Part shown: positions 62,377 through 64,000 of the stretch, piece after piece | Numbering within the stretch: position 1 is the stretch's first letter | How the letters are laid out: each line of letters opens with the position of its first letter | DNA from: Armatimonadota bacterium | GTDB lineage: Bacteria; Armatimonadota; Fimbriimonadia; Fimbriimonadales; GBS-DC | Direction: 5' to 3' | NCBI GenBank assembly: GCA_037445735.1 | Contig: JBBIJY010000007.1 | Location: 32,001-96,000 of the forward strand | Length of the DNA: 64,000 nt | Notes under the pieces: model-generated | Databases searched by the model: none | What the model was told of the DNA's origin: nothing | Seen by the model: the letters and a program-made list of their open reading frames with translations, nothing else | Program-made: the position numbers and the translations under genes

Positions 62377-63291
62377 CTATCGGCGGAAGAGGTTGCGCAG
62401 GATAAAGTAGAGATTGGCAGGGCGCTCAGCCAGACGGCGTGAGAAGTAGGGATACCACTGCTCGCCATAGGGCACATAGATGAGCGTGCGGTAGCCCTCC
62501 GTGACCAGCTGCTTCTGTAGCTCACGGCTGATTCCGTAAAGCAGCTGGAACTCAAACTGGTCCTTACCCAGCCCAATCTGCATCGCGTAGCGTTTCGCAT
62601 GCTGAATAAGTCGCACATCGTGCGTGGCGATGGCTGGCTCGCGCCCGCGCTCCAGCAACTGTTCCATCAAGATTCTGAACTGACGATCGACGGAGCGCTT
62701 GTCGGGGTAAGCCACTTCACGCGGCTCAGCATAGGCACCTTTGACCAGTCGGATACGCGCTCCCAGCTCCAGCAACCGCTCCATATCGCTCGGCGTGCGA
62801 TAGAGATAGCTTTGCAAAACCGTACCGCTGTTTGGATAGCGCGGATACATCTCTGTGAACAGGTTCAAAATACCATCGGTATGGCGACTGCTTTCCATAT
62901 CGATCCAGACGAAGTTCTGAAGTTCCTGCGCAGCTTTCAGCACACATTCCAGATGCTGACGGCATAGCTCATAGCCGAGGTCTAACCCCAGCTGGGTGAG
63001 CTTAATGGAAATGCAGGAGTTCACACCCGTTTCAGCAATCCGTTCCAGCAAGATTATATACTGGCGGGCGGCGTTTTCCGCCTCTTCGGGGCGTGTGGTC
63101 GATTCACCCAGATAATCAAGAGCGACCAGGAAACCCTGAGCATTCAACTGACGGGTGACCTGGATAGCAGTATCCAGATCCTCACCAGCAATAAAGCGAT
63201 TAACCAGCCCGCGAGTCATCGGGCTATGTGTAATCCAGTTTTTAAACGGGGGCCACTCCGCCACCCGCAACACGAGTGTGCGTGACAGCAT
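62377..63291 (-). CDS. Monofunctional proline dehydrogenase
   Basis: RFIAGE, SIKLTQLG, IDME, RLVKGAY, IATHD, YFSRRLAERPAN. Confidence 0.93.
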   Translation of the reverse strand: MLSRTLVLRVAEWPPFKNWITHSPMTRGLVNRFIAGEDLDTAIQVTRQLNAQGFLVALDYLGESTTRPEEAENAARQYIILLERIAETGVNSCISIKLTQLGLDLGYELCRQHLECVLKAAQELQNFVWIDMESSRHTDGILNLFTEMYPRYPNSGTVLQSYLYRTPSDMERLLELGARIRLVKGAYAEPREVAYPDKRSVDRQFRILMEQLLERGREPAIATHDVRLIQHAKRYAMQIGLGKDQFEFQLLYGISRELQKQLVTEGYRTLIYVPYGEQWYPYFSRRLAERPANLYFILRNLFRR

Positions 63292-63316
63292 CGTCGCCTC
63301 TCCTGATGAATACGCC

Positions 63317-63658
63317 CTACTTCTTCGTTTTATTCTGTGTATACATCCACCAGTATTCCACCACTTCGCGCTCTGGGTCTGGTTGCGAAGGCTGTGGATT
63401 GGATGACGGCTTTGGTTTGGTGGTTTCCGCCTTCGGAGGCGCAGGTGGTTGCTGTTGAACCATTTGCTTATTCTTCTCCAGCTGCGCTTTAATTTCAGCC
63501 TCGGATGGCGGCGGTAAGTTCGACTCTTGCTGCTGTTGCCGTGCGTGCTGTTCCGCAATATAGGGCGCGATCTGTGTGCTCCAACCGTACCAGATGATAA
63601 ATGCCAGCAGAATGACCACTGCTCCGATAAGACCAATCGGCATGCTTCGTCGACGCAT
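63317..63658 (-). CDS. Hypothetical membrane-anchored Pro/Gln-rich protein
   Basis: GGAGG RBS, TATAAT, one TM helix. Confidence 0.6.
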   Translation of the reverse strand: MRRRSMPIGLIGAVVILLAFIIWYGWSTQIAPYIAEQHARQQQQESNLPPPSEAEIKAQLEKNKQMVQQQPPAPPKAETTKPKPSSNPQPSQPDPEREVVEYWWMYTQNKTKK

Positions 63659-63693
63659 TGTTTGTCTACCTCCATCTCGATTATACCGCACGG

Positions 63694-64000
63694 CTACCCC
63701 AATCGTTCCTGCTGGACAATCGCGTTGATCTGCAGGGCGATGTCGGGCAGCGCGGAACGCAGGTCGGATAGCAGGGGGAGTTGGGCGCGTGCAATCGCCA
63801 GGTCGTCCAGATCGATGGTTACAATCAGCAGTGCCTCCTGACCCAGGGGCGCCTGTGCAATCACTTTGCCGAACGGATCAACTGCCAGTGAGGCGCCCAC
63901 GAAGCCTTTTCCGCCTTCAAACCCGACCAGGCTGGATTGAATGATAAACAGCCCATGTTCGCTGGCAATCTGGGTGAGCATGCGCTCGTAGGCCGCCACA
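63694..64000 (-). CDS. Nitrilase/carbon-nitrogen hydrolase family protein (5' truncated)
   Basis: VGFEGG..FVGAS..VDPFG.VIAQAP..EALL..IDL..AR..LPLL.DLR. Confidence 0.75.
   Translation of the reverse strand, partial: VAAYERMLTQIASEHGLFIIQSSLVGFEGGKGFVGASLAVDPFGKVIAQAPLGQEALLIVTIDLDDLAIARAQLPLLSDLRSALPDIALQINAIVQQERLG

Noticed and set aside
63292-63675. Long N-terminal extension of the proline dehydrogenase ORF
   Set aside because: Overlaps a separate gene in another frame; the real start is ATG 63291 with an AGGAG RBS

Overview
64 kb of GC-rich bacterial chromosome, mostly housekeeping genes. PEP-CTERM, a GT9 glycosyltransferase, a FliY-type switch protein and yhbH suggest a flagellated diderm, most likely Armatimonadota; this is inference, not a database result. 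Core genes: pyk, rimO, priA, lon, dut, apt, dgt, tatD, fsa, pth, rpmB, murB, mreD, gdh, fliC, fliM/Y/O/P, phoB-phoR, tatC, carA, nhaA, fabI, uvrB, flgM, parAB and five tRNAs. Single-gene accessory insertions: a frameshifted vapBC pair, a solitary REase-like gene, Uma2, Fic, and an orphan M.TaqI-like methylase inside the phoBR operon. No CRISPR array, transposase or prophage was seen. The most interesting signal is a non-coding motility-control circuit. (i) A sigma28-type promoter drives a c-di-GMP-I riboswitch whose geometry predicts translational activation of the anti-sigma28 factor FlgM. (ii) Five identical TGCCGATAAT sigma28-type boxes precede flgM, fliM, yhbH, an M48 protease and an unannotated ~100-nt sRNA with three exposed anti-SD CCUCC motifs. 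(iii) A second, convergent structured ncRNA shares an upstream DNA motif with fliC. (iv) A sigma54 promoter precedes a REC-PilZ brake gene and fliC, whose leader has CsrA-type GGA hairpins. All calls come from reading the sequence; no searches were run.
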